Shown in pieces: positions 1 through 10,303 of a stretch of DNA of 64,000 nt. The translations under genes and the position numbers were made by a program. How positions within the stretch are numbered: position 1 is the first letter of the stretch; each line of letters begins with the position of its first letter. The stretch comes from Candidatus Heimdallarchaeum aukensis (lineage in GTDB: Archaea > Asgardarchaeota > Heimdallarchaeia > Heimdallarchaeales > Heimdallarchaeaceae), in contig CP084166.1 of NCBI GenBank assembly GCA_021513695.1, positions 704,001 to 768,000 of the forward strand, given 5' to 3'. Under the pieces are notes generated by a model. The model was not told where the DNA came from and did no database searches. It saw nothing but the letters and a program-made list of their open reading frames with translations.

Positions 1-963
1 TAAATCTAAAAATTGTTTATCACCAGTTTCTCTGTACAATTCAAGTGAAGAACTTAATACCACAAGATCATTATTTAAATCATGTCTAAAGAATTTATTT
101 AGTATAACTAAAAAGTGAACAAGTTCTTCCATTTCTTTATACAATACACTGAGTTCTTCTTTTTCTCTTTCAATTTCAGTAAGGGTTTTTGCTTCTGTTC
201 TCGGAGAAATAACAGAAAAAATGATAATGGTGATGAAAATGTAAATAAAGAAAATACTACTGAATTTTGATGTCTTAACAATGCTGAAATATTCAAGGAT
301 AGAAAACAAGTCAGACAAGTATAAGAATGTTGCAGATATCATTCCCGTTGCAAAAATCTTAAACTTCTTTTGCTGATAATAAACAATAAAAAGCAATATC
401 ATAAGAGATAAGACAGTAACATCTAAAGTAATTTTTACAATCAAATAATTGAAATAAAAAACGTTATATTCAGATTGTAGAAAAAATAGAATCATTTGAT
501 TGAGACCAAATACTGAAAAAACAAGCAAAACAAAAAGAATTACCCCCATCAATAAAGAATAGTGGGTAAAAAAATTTCTATCCTTGTAAATACGCATTAA
601 AATGAGAAGAAAAAGGGGAAAATAGCCAGAGAGCATTATAGAAAAGAAGATTATTTCGACATTTTCGATAAAAGGTGAAGCAATTATGTAAAAAAGAATA
701 GAGATTGCAACGATAATTAAAATTGCCAATAAAGTGTAATACATGTTTCTGATCTCGTGTGAAAATTGATTTCTAATGACAAACACGGAAAGAACTATCA
801 AAAAACAGAACGAAATTACGATAATATTAAAGAATAATTTAAAAGTTTCTTCATTTTTAATAAAGAGTAAAAACAATGGAAAAATTGCTAAAAATAAGAT
901 TATTATATATTTTAGTTTATTAAAGTTAACTTGATTTACAAATAATTTTCCTCTTAAATTCAT
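1..963 (-). CDS. Partial membrane-bound sensor histidine kinase-like protein: N-terminal multi-TM domain plus H-box; the C-terminus lies beyond the window start
   Basis: I translated the minus strand from ATG 963..961 down to position 1 and found no stop codon (321 codons). The ORF track omits it because it runs off the edge. About 7 hydrophobic helices are followed by EIEREKEELSVLYKEMEELVHFLVILNKFFRHDLNNDLVVL, an H-box of the HDLxN type also seen in the CDS at 10724..11797. The track ORF 108..296 is in a different frame and is nested inside this one. Confidence 0.5.
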   Translation of the reverse strand, partial: MNLRGKLFVNQVNFNKLKYIIILFLAIFPLFLLFIKNEETFKLFFNIIVISFCFLIVLSVFVIRNQFSHEIRNMYYTLLAILIIVAISILFYIIASPFIENVEIIFFSIMLSGYFPLFLLILMRIYKDRNFFTHYSLLMGVILFVLLVFSVFGLNQMILFFLQSEYNVFYFNYLIVKITLDVTVLSLMILLFIVYYQQKKFKIFATGMISATFLYLSDLFSILEYFSIVKTSKFSSIFFIYIFITIIIFSVISPRTEAKTLTEIEREKEELSVLYKEMEELVHFLVILNKFFRHDLNNDLVVLSSSLELYRETGDKQFLDL

Positions 964-978
964 AGTAATCCAACAAGT

Positions 979-996
979 TTTTTTATAAAAAAAAAG
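979..996 (-). promoter_or_regulatory. TATA-like box (ctttttttttataaaa on the minus strand) about 25 nt upstream of ATG 963
   Basis: An A/T box with a TTTATAAA core lies in the 64-nt intergenic gap between the small gene 1028..1324 and the edge ORF. The spacing fits archaeal leaderless promoters. Confidence 0.25.
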
Positions 997-1027
997 AAAG
1001 AAAGGATAAAAGTATTACTCTTCTACT

Positions 1028-1324
1028 CTACTTTGCATGTTCATTTAATGCACTTTGGATCATGTAAACTCCAATTGGGTTGAAGATTACAAGAGCTAAA
1101 AATAGAGCAAATGCACTTTTTCCTGTTGCTTTTCCATATCCAACAATGTATTTAATCATCCAATATATGTTTAGAATAGGAATGAATACAAAGATGTAGG
1201 ATGGGATATCAGCTCCTAGTTCATTTAACTCGTTTTTAGTCCAATAATACCAAAATAGTGCATAAATTCCAAAAGTTATCATCATCAGGATAATAACTAC
1301 TATGGGGTTTCTTTCTTTAATCAT
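1028..1324 (-). CDS. Small integral membrane protein (2-3 TM; tentatively DUF4234-like)
   Basis: The 98-aa product has hydrophobic stretches IVVIILMMITFGIYALFWYYW and SAFALFLALVIFNPIGVYMI. The family assignment is tentative. Confidence 0.45.
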   Translation of the reverse strand: MIKERNPIVVIILMMITFGIYALFWYYWTKNELNELGADIPSYIFVFIPILNIYWMIKYIVGYGKATGKSAFALFLALVIFNPIGVYMIQSALNEHAK

Positions 1325-1441
1325 AGTAACTTTTTATTTATAACGCTTTCTTATAAATATTTTCTATAAGAAAATATAAATAACTCATTAATTTTTCAGG
1401 TCTAATTACTTGAAAAGTTAGTTTTCTTAAGAAAAGTATGA

Positions 1442-3235
1442 TTATATCTCACCCTTCCAAATTCTTTGCATTTCTTCAGATTTAGCAAGTAATTCATCTA
1501 ATTTTCCTATTTGTTCTATTTTACCATCTTTAAGTAATATTATTTTATCTGCTTTTTTTAACACCATTTTTCTATGTGAAACAGCAAAACAAGTCATTTC
1601 TTTGTTCCTAAAAATTCTTTTCCATAATTCTTGTTCAGTTTTTACATCAAGTGCACTTGACAAATCATCAAAAATATACAAATCAGATTTTCTTGCAAAC
1701 ATTCTTGCTGTGGCTAATCTTTGTTTTTGTCCTCCTGAAAGCATCACTCCTTTTGGTCCAATCAGAGTTTTGCTTTTTTTCTCAAACTTTTCTATTTCTT
1801 CTTCTAATACTGCTAATTTGAGTGCTTTTTCTATGTCGATGTTATTTTCTTCTAATCCTAAGAGTATATTCTCTTTTATAGTATCACTAAACAAGTGCGG
1901 AACTTGAGGAGTATAAGCTGTTCTAGGAGGAATAAAAAATAAAGAACAATCTTCTACTTTTTTGTTATTCCAACTTATTTCTCCTGATTGTTTATCGTAC
2001 AATCCTAAAAGTGTCCTTAATAAGGTTGTTTTACCAGAACCCACACGGCCTGTTAAAACTGTAAAAGTTCCTCGTTCTATTTCAAAAGATACATCTTCTA
2101 TCCCTTTATTAGAGTTAGGAAAGATATACGTTAAATTCCTAACAACTAGTTTTTGTAAAGGTTCGTAATCTTCATTTAAATCAGATTTTTGGTCAGTATA
2201 AGGCTTATTAATGTACACAGGACCATAAATAACAAGTTTTTCTTCTAGTTTCTGATAACTCTCTCTTTTTCTTCCTCGTACCAATTTGAATATTCTTGAA
2301 TAAGACACTTTTGTTCTTAAATAACGAGGAATAAAGTCTCCAATGTCCCAAATAAAATTGGCAAGAGAATTTAAGATCCCAACAAACAAAGCCAAATCTC
2401 CAATAGTAAATGTATTATTGGTTAAACTATTTCCAACGATGTAAAGAACTATCCCGATTCCTACAGAAACAGTGATTCGGTATATTGAGTTTAATATAGC
2501 AACAAATAATTCATCTTTGATTTCTGCTTTTCTCCTCTTTTCATTTATAGTGTTAAAATATCTCAAAACTCTTTCTTCAGAATTAGTAATTTTTATTGCT
2601 TGGATAGAATGATAAATCTCTCCTATTGCTCTCGTTACTGCTCCTGCTGCTTTTCTTCTTGTCTTTCTTAACTCAATAATCTTCTTCTTCGAAAAAAGCA
2701 CTAAAAAGATCATTACAGTAAAAGGAATAGATAGATAAGCTGTGACTTGCCAATTTATTTTCTGCATTACAAAAAAAGAGAATCCTGCAAACACTGCAAT
2801 AGAAAATTTCTGTGTAATTTCATATGTAAACCAAATCGCTTCTTCCACATCACCTCTAAATCGTGAAACAGACTCTCCTGCTGTATCTGTCAGAGCTTCT
2901 GCTCCAGGCAAGCTAAATATTTGAATAAGCATATTTTTTCTTAACAATATTTGTGCTTGTTTAACATAAGGCATCATTGTAACAAAAAATATAGCATCAG
3001 CTAGAAAATTAAATGCTCGTGCTAAAGGAATCAAGAATAGAATTAACACCCAAATACTAATATTAAAACTCGAGATATTCTCTATTTTATTAAATATTTC
3101 ACGTATAACTAAACTTACCATTAAAGGAGTTAAGAAGAACAAAATGTCAGATAAGAAACCTAAAAACACTAATACTGGCTTAAATTTAAGCAATTTCCAG
3201 CTTAGTTTCAAAACTCTGATTTTTTCTTCTTTCAT
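1442..3235 (-). CDS. ABC exporter with fused permease and ATPase (type I exporter half-transporter)
   Basis: An N-terminal 6-TM domain is followed by a Walker A motif (GRVGSGKTTLL), an ABC signature (LSGGQKQRLATARM) and a Walker B motif (LYIFDDLSSALD). The start overlaps the stop of the upstream partner by 4 nt (ATGA). Confidence 0.9.
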   Translation of the reverse strand: MKEEKIRVLKLSWKLLKFKPVLVFLGFLSDILFFLTPLMVSLVIREIFNKIENISSFNISIWVLILFLIPLARAFNFLADAIFFVTMMPYVKQAQILLRKNMLIQIFSLPGAEALTDTAGESVSRFRGDVEEAIWFTYEITQKFSIAVFAGFSFFVMQKINWQVTAYLSIPFTVMIFLVLFSKKKIIELRKTRRKAAGAVTRAIGEIYHSIQAIKITNSEERVLRYFNTINEKRRKAEIKDELFVAILNSIYRITVSVGIGIVLYIVGNSLTNNTFTIGDLALFVGILNSLANFIWDIGDFIPRYLRTKVSYSRIFKLVRGRKRESYQKLEEKLVIYGPVYINKPYTDQKSDLNEDYEPLQKLVVRNLTYIFPNSNKGIEDVSFEIERGTFTVLTGRVGSGKTTLLRTLLGLYDKQSGEISWNNKKVEDCSLFFIPPRTAYTPQVPHLFSDTIKENILLGLEENNIDIEKALKLAVLEEEIEKFEKKSKTLIGPKGVMLSGGQKQRLATARMFARKSDLYIFDDLSSALDVKTEQELWKRIFRNKEMTCFAVSHRKMVLKKADKIILLKDGKIEQIGKLDELLAKSEEMQRIWKGEI

Positions 3236-5013
3236 CTCAGTACCTCTTCAATTTTTCCAGTTTTTAGTAATTGATAAAAGTAAGAATTCTTATCGTTTAC
3301 AAGCTTCTTTCTTTCTCCATATTCAATCACTTTTCCTTTATCAAGTACTAAAATTTCATCTACATGATTTAGAGTCTCTAATCTATGGGCAATAATTATT
3401 GCAGTTCTATTAACTAACAATTTATCAATTGCAGTTTTGACCAAATTCTCTGTTACAGGATCAAGGCGAGAAGAAGCTTCGTCAAGAATAACTAAATTTG
3501 GTCTTTTCAAAAAAACACGAGTTAATGTCAAAAGTTGAGCTTCTCCCGCAGATAATCCTTGTTCATCAGAACTTATTATTGTGTCTAAACCATCGGGTAA
3601 TCGTTCGAACCATTCTTTTAGACCTAAATCAAACATAATGTGTATAATTTTTTCATCAGAAATCCTGTCATCAAAAAATGTTATATTATCTCTTAATGAA
3701 GCTTGAAATAATTCAATATCCTGAGTAACATAAGCGATATTACTTCTAAGGTTTTTAATATCATATTCTTTGATATCTTCCCCATTAATTTTTATTCTCC
3801 CATTTCCTTCATTAATATCATAGAGTCTGAAAATTAATCTTGAAATCGTAGTTTTACCAGAACCAGTATGACCTACCAGACCCAATTTTTTTCCTTTATT
3901 TAGTTTAAATGAAACACCCTTTAGGACAGGTTCAGTATCAATATAAGAAAAGTTTACATTTTCAAACTCTAATTCTATAGCTCCAGGAGCTACTTTCTTG
4001 GTTCCACTTGCTTTAATTTCAGACTTAATATGGAATAAGGAAGTTATTCTCCTAATTGAAGCAGCTGCTTTTTGAAACTGTTGAACTTGCCTAATAATAC
4101 GATAAATTGGAAGAATTAATATTCCAACAATCATCTGAACAAAAAAAATTGTTCCTAAAGTTATTTTTCCATTTTCAAAAAGCAGAAATGAAGGAGAAAA
4201 AACTAAGATATCAGCTAAAGAAAGTAAAATCCAACTTCCAAATATTATGTACAATTCTTTAATTAGTGCGTTCATAAATGTTTTATAATTGTATCTCGAT
4301 TTATCAAAGAATTTATTTAACGCGAAATCTATTGCATCATTGGTTTTTATATCTTCAATTGCATTCAAGTTTTCTTCAATAACACCAAAAAGTTCAGAAC
4401 TTGATTGCCTTTCTTTTTCCCAATTTTTGACAGAAATATCTCTAAGGAAATAAATTAGGATAAATGCAAAGATTGTAAAACCGAAAAACACCAACCCAAT
4501 AATCCAATTTTTAATAAACAAAACTGTTATGATTCCAATAATTAACAGAAATGAGGTCAGCAATTGAACTGAAAATTGTGAGAAAAATTGTGCTAAAGTA
4601 TTTATATCTCCGTCTATTCTTTCTATCATCTCTCCAGCTTTAAACTTATTATGAAAAGACATGTCTAAGTTAATAGTATGAGATGTAAGATCATATCTGA
4701 GTTTATTTGTTGTTGACCAAGCTAGATCTTGACCTATGTAAACTGTTCCTAAATACATGGTAAATTGTAACAGAGAGAGAATAATGTATAAAAAAGCATA
4801 GAAGTTTAGTGTTTTTTTAACACTTGAAAATAGTATTCTACCAATATTTTCTGTTGCTAAATCGATATACCACTGAATTAGAAAAGGAGAAAAAACTTGG
4901 ATAAGTGTCATTGAAAATAGTAGTAAACCCAATAATATAACTTTGATAAAATGAGGTTGCAAATATTTCTTTTGCAAATTCCAATAATCTGACACTTGAA
5001 TTTGAGATTGCAT
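3232..5013 (-). CDS. ABC exporter with fused permease and ATPase, partner subunit (heterodimeric exporter)
   Basis: It has a 6-TM domain, a Walker A motif (GHTGSGKTTISRL), a signature (LSAGEAQLLTLTRV) and a Walker B motif (LVILDEASSRLD). It is translationally coupled to 1442..3235. Confidence 0.9.
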   Translation of the reverse strand: MQSQIQVSDYWNLQKKYLQPHFIKVILLGLLLFSMTLIQVFSPFLIQWYIDLATENIGRILFSSVKKTLNFYAFLYIILSLLQFTMYLGTVYIGQDLAWSTTNKLRYDLTSHTINLDMSFHNKFKAGEMIERIDGDINTLAQFFSQFSVQLLTSFLLIIGIITVLFIKNWIIGLVFFGFTIFAFILIYFLRDISVKNWEKERQSSSELFGVIEENLNAIEDIKTNDAIDFALNKFFDKSRYNYKTFMNALIKELYIIFGSWILLSLADILVFSPSFLLFENGKITLGTIFFVQMIVGILILPIYRIIRQVQQFQKAAASIRRITSLFHIKSEIKASGTKKVAPGAIELEFENVNFSYIDTEPVLKGVSFKLNKGKKLGLVGHTGSGKTTISRLIFRLYDINEGNGRIKINGEDIKEYDIKNLRSNIAYVTQDIELFQASLRDNITFFDDRISDEKIIHIMFDLGLKEWFERLPDGLDTIISSDEQGLSAGEAQLLTLTRVFLKRPNLVILDEASSRLDPVTENLVKTAIDKLLVNRTAIIIAHRLETLNHVDEILVLDKGKVIEYGERKKLVNDKNSYFYQLLKTGKIEEVLR

Positions 5014-5067
5014 AAAGTTGTCCTTTCCTAAAGATGCCTAAGATATCTATCTTAAAGCTTGTAACAG

Positions 5068-5976
5068 CTATATTTCGATATCGATGAAATTAGAAATTAG
5101 TCCTATAGATTCTGGACCTAAATGCGAAAGAACTGAACCATAAGATCTTGCTACTTCAATTTTAATAGAACTATCCCATTCTTTTATATAATCAACTAAT
5201 TTTTCTGCGTAATCAGGTCTTGTTCCATAAACAATTGACACTTCTTTGGGTCTATTTTGCAAATTGTTTGTACTCAAATTTAGAAGTTCTCTTAATCCTT
5301 CGTCAACTTCTTTTACTGCTTTTACAGGTTCCAGTTCTCCTTCTTCATTCATTGTTATGATAGGCTTTCTCCTCAACATATTTCCAATCAAAAATTTTGT
5401 AGTAGATAAACGTCCTCCTTTCCATAAATATTTTAAAGTAGGAAGAAGAATATGTGTTTTAATATTTAGAGCTTGTTGTCTTAAAATTGATGCTATTTCT
5501 TCACCTGTCTTTTTGGTTTTTTCTATTAATTTCAAAGCCAACCTAATTAGATGTACTTCAGGAAAAGAAGCGGATTTACTATCAATAATGTGAATATTTA
5601 CATCTTTATATTTCCTAGCAATATTTCTAGCAGCTAATCGAGCACTATTTATTGTCCCACTTAATCCTTTGGTAACATGAATAGACAGAATATCTTTTAC
5701 ACCTTCTTCAATTAGAGACTCATAAGCTTGAAAAAATTCTCCAGGAGAAGGTTGAGAAGTTTTCGGAATGAAAGAAAATAATTTTAGTTTAGGTATGTGG
5801 AAATAAGCTTTTTCTTCTTCAAACAGTCTATAGTAAGCATCATAATCAAAATTCTCATCCTCTTTGTATTCTTTATCGTGAATTATTATAGTTAGAGGAA
5901 CAACTTTAATTCCTTTTTCTTTTGCGAAACTCCAGGGAATATCTGATGTTGAATCAGTAACGATTCCAAAAGACAT
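5068..5976 (-). CDS. DegV family (EDD-fold) fatty-acid-binding protein
   Basis: The N-terminal motif IVTDSTSDIP and a length of about 300 aa are typical of DegV. Confidence 0.75.
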   Translation of the reverse strand: MSFGIVTDSTSDIPWSFAKEKGIKVVPLTIIIHDKEYKEDENFDYDAYYRLFEEEKAYFHIPKLKLFSFIPKTSQPSPGEFFQAYESLIEEGVKDILSIHVTKGLSGTINSARLAARNIARKYKDVNIHIIDSKSASFPEVHLIRLALKLIEKTKKTGEEIASILRQQALNIKTHILLPTLKYLWKGGRLSTTKFLIGNMLRRKPIITMNEEGELEPVKAVKEVDEGLRELLNLSTNNLQNRPKEVSIVYGTRPDYAEKLVDYIKEWDSSIKIEVARSYGSVLSHLGPESIGLISNFIDIEI

Positions 5977-6103
5977 AATTATATTTTATATTTAAATCTT
6001 AAAAAATTATTTATGTTGGATACCAAAAATCAAATCTAAATAAATGAAAGAAATCTATTCTGGTGGACAGAATAAAATTGATTTTATGAACTCAACAACT
6101 ATT

Positions 6104-7336
6104 TTACTGAAGAATTATTAGAGTCGAAAAAAGGACCAGAAAACTTGTAGAGATAAGATCTGCCATTGTGCTTAAAACAGGAATAACTATGTTATCAGGA
6201 TTAAAACCATATTTATATGTTAAAACAGCTGTCACAAAGGCTAATGAACTTATAATTAAGTAAGAAATCAAGTTTGTTAAAATTAAAACCAATAAAAGCG
6301 AAAAATAAAGATTTAGAGTTATGTCAAAAGGATAAATTGCAACTGCAAGAAGACTGTAAATTATAGACATCAGGAAACCTACAGTACCAAAAGCACTGAA
6401 AGGAAGAATAAGCTCTTTTGATCCAATAAAACTTATTTTTGGTTCTAGTGAACCTAGATGTAATTTTGTTGTTGTTGTATTAGCAATAATTGAATTTTGT
6501 GCTCCGACTGTACTAAGAACAGAAGGAAGAACAACTAAAACAATAGGGACTGCTTGCAATAAACTTTCAAATGAAACGAGAATACTTCCAGTTCCTGCAG
6601 CAATAATAGTAGTAACTAGAAGAGGAGGTAAACTTTGTTTTAATCCAAGCATTATGAAATCATTTTTTAAGCAATATACTTGCAAGAAAACAATAAAAGA
6701 TAATACTAAAATCACAAATGGGATACCAACAAATAGAGACAATTTTGTTTTCCATGGTCTATAAAAGATACATATTAGAAAGAATACAATTGTAATTATA
6801 ATATCATTGGCTGTGCTCATTATTGGATAGGTATAAACATCTGGATCACCATTATGCTTGAAAACAAAAAATGAAAAGGCAACTGTTAATGATAAAGAAA
6901 TAACAGTTCCAATAAAGAAAGTTGTAATGACAATAACTAAAATTGATAAAAATTCTATAGGGATTCCTATAATTAAACAAATAATAGAGGATATTATAGT
7001 CACAAAAACTGAATCATAAAAAGATAACATCATAATCAAAGATAAAAGTTCGTAAAACCTTTTTGAATTATCCTTAAAAGAAGGTTTAATTGTACCTAAA
7101 TGGAGAGATGTTCCAAGGTTTCCTGTTAATATTCCGCTTATGTCCCCTCTCACTGTTAAAAGCAATGGAAATATCAGAAAGATCCAAGGTAAATAAGGTT
7201 GGATTTTGTTTAATAATACAGCTGTTCTACCTGCAAAAATCCCTCCGATATTAAAGACAATTGCCCCAAACGCAGAAATAGCTAAAGCACTAAATTCAGT
7301 AAATAGAGATTGTTGTCGTGAAAGGCGTCGAGGCAT
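6104..7336 (-). CDS. Putative divalent-cation (Mg2+) transporter with tandem MgtE/SLC41-like membrane domains
   Basis: Two internal repeats each carry a P..(L/V)..GN.G..S..H/TT signature: RGDISGILTGNLGTSLHLGT and PSVLSTVGAQNSIIANTTTT. The product has about 10 TM segments. Confidence 0.45.
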   Translation of the reverse strand: MPRRLSRQQSLFTEFSALAISAFGAIVFNIGGIFAGRTAVLLNKIQPYLPWIFLIFPLLLTVRGDISGILTGNLGTSLHLGTIKPSFKDNSKRFYELLSLIMMLSFYDSVFVTIISSIICLIIGIPIEFLSILVIVITTFFIGTVISLSLTVAFSFFVFKHNGDPDVYTYPIMSTANDIIITIVFFLICIFYRPWKTKLSLFVGIPFVILVLSFIVFLQVYCLKNDFIMLGLKQSLPPLLVTTIIAAGTGSILVSFESLLQAVPIVLVVLPSVLSTVGAQNSIIANTTTTKLHLGSLEPKISFIGSKELILPFSAFGTVGFLMSIIYSLLAVAIYPFDITLNLYFSLLLVLILTNLISYLIISSLAFVTAVLTYKYGFNPDNIVIPVLSTMADLISTSFLVLFSTLIILQ

Positions 7337-7379
7337 ATGTAGGTTTATATTATACGAAATATTAAAGTTGTTGTCAGCT

Positions 7380-7405
7380 TAAAAAAAAGAAAAAAAATAA
7401 ACAAA
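7380..7405 (-). terminator. Poly-T tract (minus strand) immediately after the rubrerythrin stop codon
   Basis: The plus strand reads aaaaaaaagaaaaaaaataaacaaa, so the minus strand carries a T8...T8 run. This is archaeal-style oligo-T termination. Confidence 0.35.
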
Positions 7406-7990
7406 CTAATACTCTTCACATTTTAACTCAAAGTAATTGTATGAATGTTCACATGCTGGACATTTTTTAGGTGGCTCTGTACCTTCATGGATGTAACCAC
7501 ATTTTTCGCATACCCAGTAGTATTTCTTTTCCTTCTTAAAGACAGTTTTAGCTTTTACTTCTTTGAGGAGCTTTGTATAACGTTCTTCATGGTGAACTTC
7601 TGCTCTTCCAATAGCTCTTAGTTTGATAGCTATTTTTTGAAATCCTTCTTCTTCTGCAACTTTAGCAAATTCAGGATACATTATTGTGTTCTCGTAATGT
7701 TCGCCATCTATTGCAGCTTGTAAGTTTTCTTCTGTTGAACCAATAACAGTTGGAACAGCAGCATCAATTTCTAGTTCTTTTATGTCCATTTTTTCTTTCT
7801 CTAACAATTCGTTTAATAATTCAAACAAAACTTTGGAATGTTCTTTTTCGTTCATTGCAGTAATCTCAAATAATTGTGAAATTTGCATATAACCTTCTTT
7901 TCGAGCAATTTTAGCATAAAATGTATATCTATTTCTTGCTTGACTCTCCCCAACAAAAGCTTTAGCTAAATTTTTTATTGTTTCTTTCAT
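7406..7990 (-). CDS. rbr: Rubrerythrin (ferritin-like diiron domain plus C-terminal rubredoxin-like Cys4)
   Basis: It has E..H diiron motifs ([12 protein letters not shown]; [10 protein letters not shown]) and C-terminal CEKCGY...CPACEH. Confidence 0.85.
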   Translation of the reverse strand: MKETIKNLAKAFVGESQARNRYTFYAKIARKEGYMQISQLFEITAMNEKEHSKVLFELLNELLEKEKMDIKELEIDAAVPTVIGSTEENLQAAIDGEHYENTIMYPEFAKVAEEEGFQKIAIKLRAIGRAEVHHEERYTKLLKEVKAKTVFKKEKKYYWVCEKCGYIHEGTEPPKKCPACEHSYNYFELKCEEY

Positions 7991-8182
7991 AGTAATAAAA
8001 AATAAGGATTAATTTTTTTTAAATTTATTCATCTGTCTTCTTTTTAATTGTAAAATCATACTGATCAAAATTAATTGAACAACCTGTACAATTAGAACAA
8101 TCAAAGTTGCATCTTTTTGTTTTTCTTCTAAAATCATTGTATATTTTTTTCAAAAATAAAACAAATTTACTCATGCGATCAC

Positions 8183-10288
8183 TCAAATAATTAAATTCAA
8201 GATTTGATAAACAATTGTTGTTATCAAAGTTGTTAAGAACAAAGGCCACAGAATGCTAAATAGAGCCCATTTATTGCTGTTTGTTTCAGATTTTACAGCT
8301 GCAATTGTAGGAAAACATGGAGCATAAGTTAGTTGAAAGAGAAGGAAAGAAATTACTTGGGGGAAAGTCCATAGATTTAAGAGTACTGATTTCAGATCTC
8401 CTGATGCATATATTACTCCTAAAGCAACAATTATAGTCTCTTTTGCTGCTACACCAAAAACAAGAGGGGCAATCATTTCCCATGATAATCCCATTAAAGG
8501 ATAAGTGACGAAGGAGAAAACTTTTCCTAAATAACCTAAAATTGTAAATTCTGGTGAAACATTATAAGGTAAGTTACTTAGTATCCAAATGAATATAGAT
8601 GCTGAAAAAATGAATGTCCCGGCTTTTTTTACAAAAACACCAGCTCTACTCCATGTTAAGTAATAAATATTTTTTAAGATTGGTTTTCTATATTCTGGCA
8701 TTTCAAGAATCAAAGGTAAAGGATCTTCTTTTTCCATAAATAATCTAAGAATACTCGATGAAATAAGAGTTAGAAAGATGCTAAAAGCATACAATCCCAG
8801 CATAATTAATGATGCTTTCCATGGAGCAAAAAATATTCCTGTGATAAATGCAATAACACCTAAAGTTGCTGCACAAGGGATGAAAGAAAGAGAAACTATC
8901 ATTCTTATTCTGTCCTTAGGATTTTTTATAATTCTCGTTGCTAGAATCCCTGCTGCATTACAACCAAATCCCATTACTATTGAAAGAAAAGCTGTTCCTT
9001 GCAGACCAAATTTGCTCATAAACCTATCCATTAGATATGCAGAACGGGCTAGATATCCTGAATCTTCCATTATAGCTACAAGAGTATAAAAAACTATTAT
9101 TAATGGTAAAAATAAAAGAAAAGCACTGATCCCTGAAATAACTCCGTCTACTACAAAACTTGTAATTATTTCTGGAGAACTAGATTGTATCATTACTGAA
9201 CGAATATATTCTGCAAATAAATTAAGTAAGTAAGACATGCCATCTATTATTGGAGAAGATATAGAAAAAGAGATGAAGAAAAATAGGGCGTAAATTAGTA
9301 CCAAAATAGGATATCCAAATATTGGATGTAAAACTATTTTATCAATTTTATCGCTGAGTGTTTCTTTAAACTCAATATCTCCCTTAACTGATTGTGTTAC
9401 AATAGTATGCAATCCTGAATATTTTGTCTTTGCAATCTCTACTTTAGGGTTGATTTTTTCTTTTTCTTTTATTTCCTCTAATGTTTTCAATAGAATATCT
9501 AAATCGAATTCTTTAGCCAGTTCACTTTTGATCCAATTATCTTCTTCTAATAATTTTATTGCTATCCATCTTGTGGGATATTCTTTGAGAACTTTTCTAT
9601 CTTCTATCTGTTCTGAAATTTTCCTAATAAGTCCTTCAATTTTGTCTGAATAGAATATCTTTGCAGGATGAAAGTGGTATTTATCAGTGTGAAGAGCATC
9701 ATAGATAAATTTCTTAAGTTCTATAAGAGAGGAATCTCTTAAAGCACTTACTAAAATGACTGGAACACCTAACGAATTCTCTAATTTTTTCCTATTAATT
9801 TCAAGATTATGTTTCTCTGCAACATCGATCATATTTACAATAATTGCAACTTTATCTGTTAACTCAAAAGCTTGTAAAGCTAAATATAATGTTCTCTCTA
9901 ATCGCATAGCATCAGCAATTACACAGACCAAATCAGGTCTTTCTTGTACAATAAATTCTTCTGTTATTATTTCTTCATCTGACCTTCCAGAGAGTGAATA
10001 AGTTCCTGGTAAATCAACAACTGAAAAATATTCATCTGCTAAGATAAAATGACCTTCCTTCTTTTCAACTGTTTTCCCAGGCCAATTACCTATATGTTGA
10101 TGACTCCCAGTTAATTCATTAAATAAAGAAGACTTCCCTACATTTGGGTTCCCTAAAAAACCTATTACATGCTCTATTGAATGTTTCTTAGATGCATAAT
10201 AATTTCTCTTACATTTCTTCAATTTTTGTTTTTTCTTGTTTTTTCTTTTAGTGCTGTGACAATTACGAAAAACCATATTTTTACACAT
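8183..10288 (-). CDS. feoB: Ferrous iron transporter FeoB (N-terminal G-domain plus polytopic membrane domain)
   Basis: The G1 motif GNPNVGKSSLFN and G-domain motifs are followed by a roughly 450-aa polytopic domain, and the gene lies downstream of feoA. The track starts at TTG 10297, but ATG 10288 is more likely. The N-terminus has a basic K/R-rich extension. Confidence 0.85.
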   Translation of the reverse strand: MCKNMVFRNCHSTKRKNKKKQKLKKCKRNYYASKKHSIEHVIGFLGNPNVGKSSLFNELTGSHQHIGNWPGKTVEKKEGHFILADEYFSVVDLPGTYSLSGRSDEEIITEEFIVQERPDLVCVIADAMRLERTLYLALQAFELTDKVAIIVNMIDVAEKHNLEINRKKLENSLGVPVILVSALRDSSLIELKKFIYDALHTDKYHFHPAKIFYSDKIEGLIRKISEQIEDRKVLKEYPTRWIAIKLLEEDNWIKSELAKEFDLDILLKTLEEIKEKEKINPKVEIAKTKYSGLHTIVTQSVKGDIEFKETLSDKIDKIVLHPIFGYPILVLIYALFFFISFSISSPIIDGMSYLLNLFAEYIRSVMIQSSSPEIITSFVVDGVISGISAFLLFLPLIIVFYTLVAIMEDSGYLARSAYLMDRFMSKFGLQGTAFLSIVMGFGCNAAGILATRIIKNPKDRIRMIVSLSFIPCAATLGVIAFITGIFFAPWKASLIMLGLYAFSIFLTLISSSILRLFMEKEDPLPLILEMPEYRKPILKNIYYLTWSRAGVFVKKAGTFIFSASIFIWILSNLPYNVSPEFTILGYLGKVFSFVTYPLMGLSWEMIAPLVFGVAAKETIIVALGVIYASGDLKSVLLNLWTFPQVISFLLFQLTYAPCFPTIAAVKSETNSNKWALFSILWPLFLTTLITTIVYQILNLII

Positions 10289-10303
10289 CGTCTCCAATTC
10301 TTT

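Noticed and set aside
108-296. 62-aa minus-strand ORF listed in the ORF track
   Set aside because: It is out of frame with, and nested inside, the 963-nt stop-free ORF (1..963) that has clear membrane-protein and H-box features. The 62-aa ORF is best explained as a shadow ORF.
1602-2924. Several 60-100-aa plus-strand ORFs inside the ABC transporter gene (1602..1907, 1962..2168, 2742..2924)
   Set aside because: They are antisense to a well-supported CDS with intact Walker/signature motifs. Their composition is typical of AT-rich shadow ORFs.
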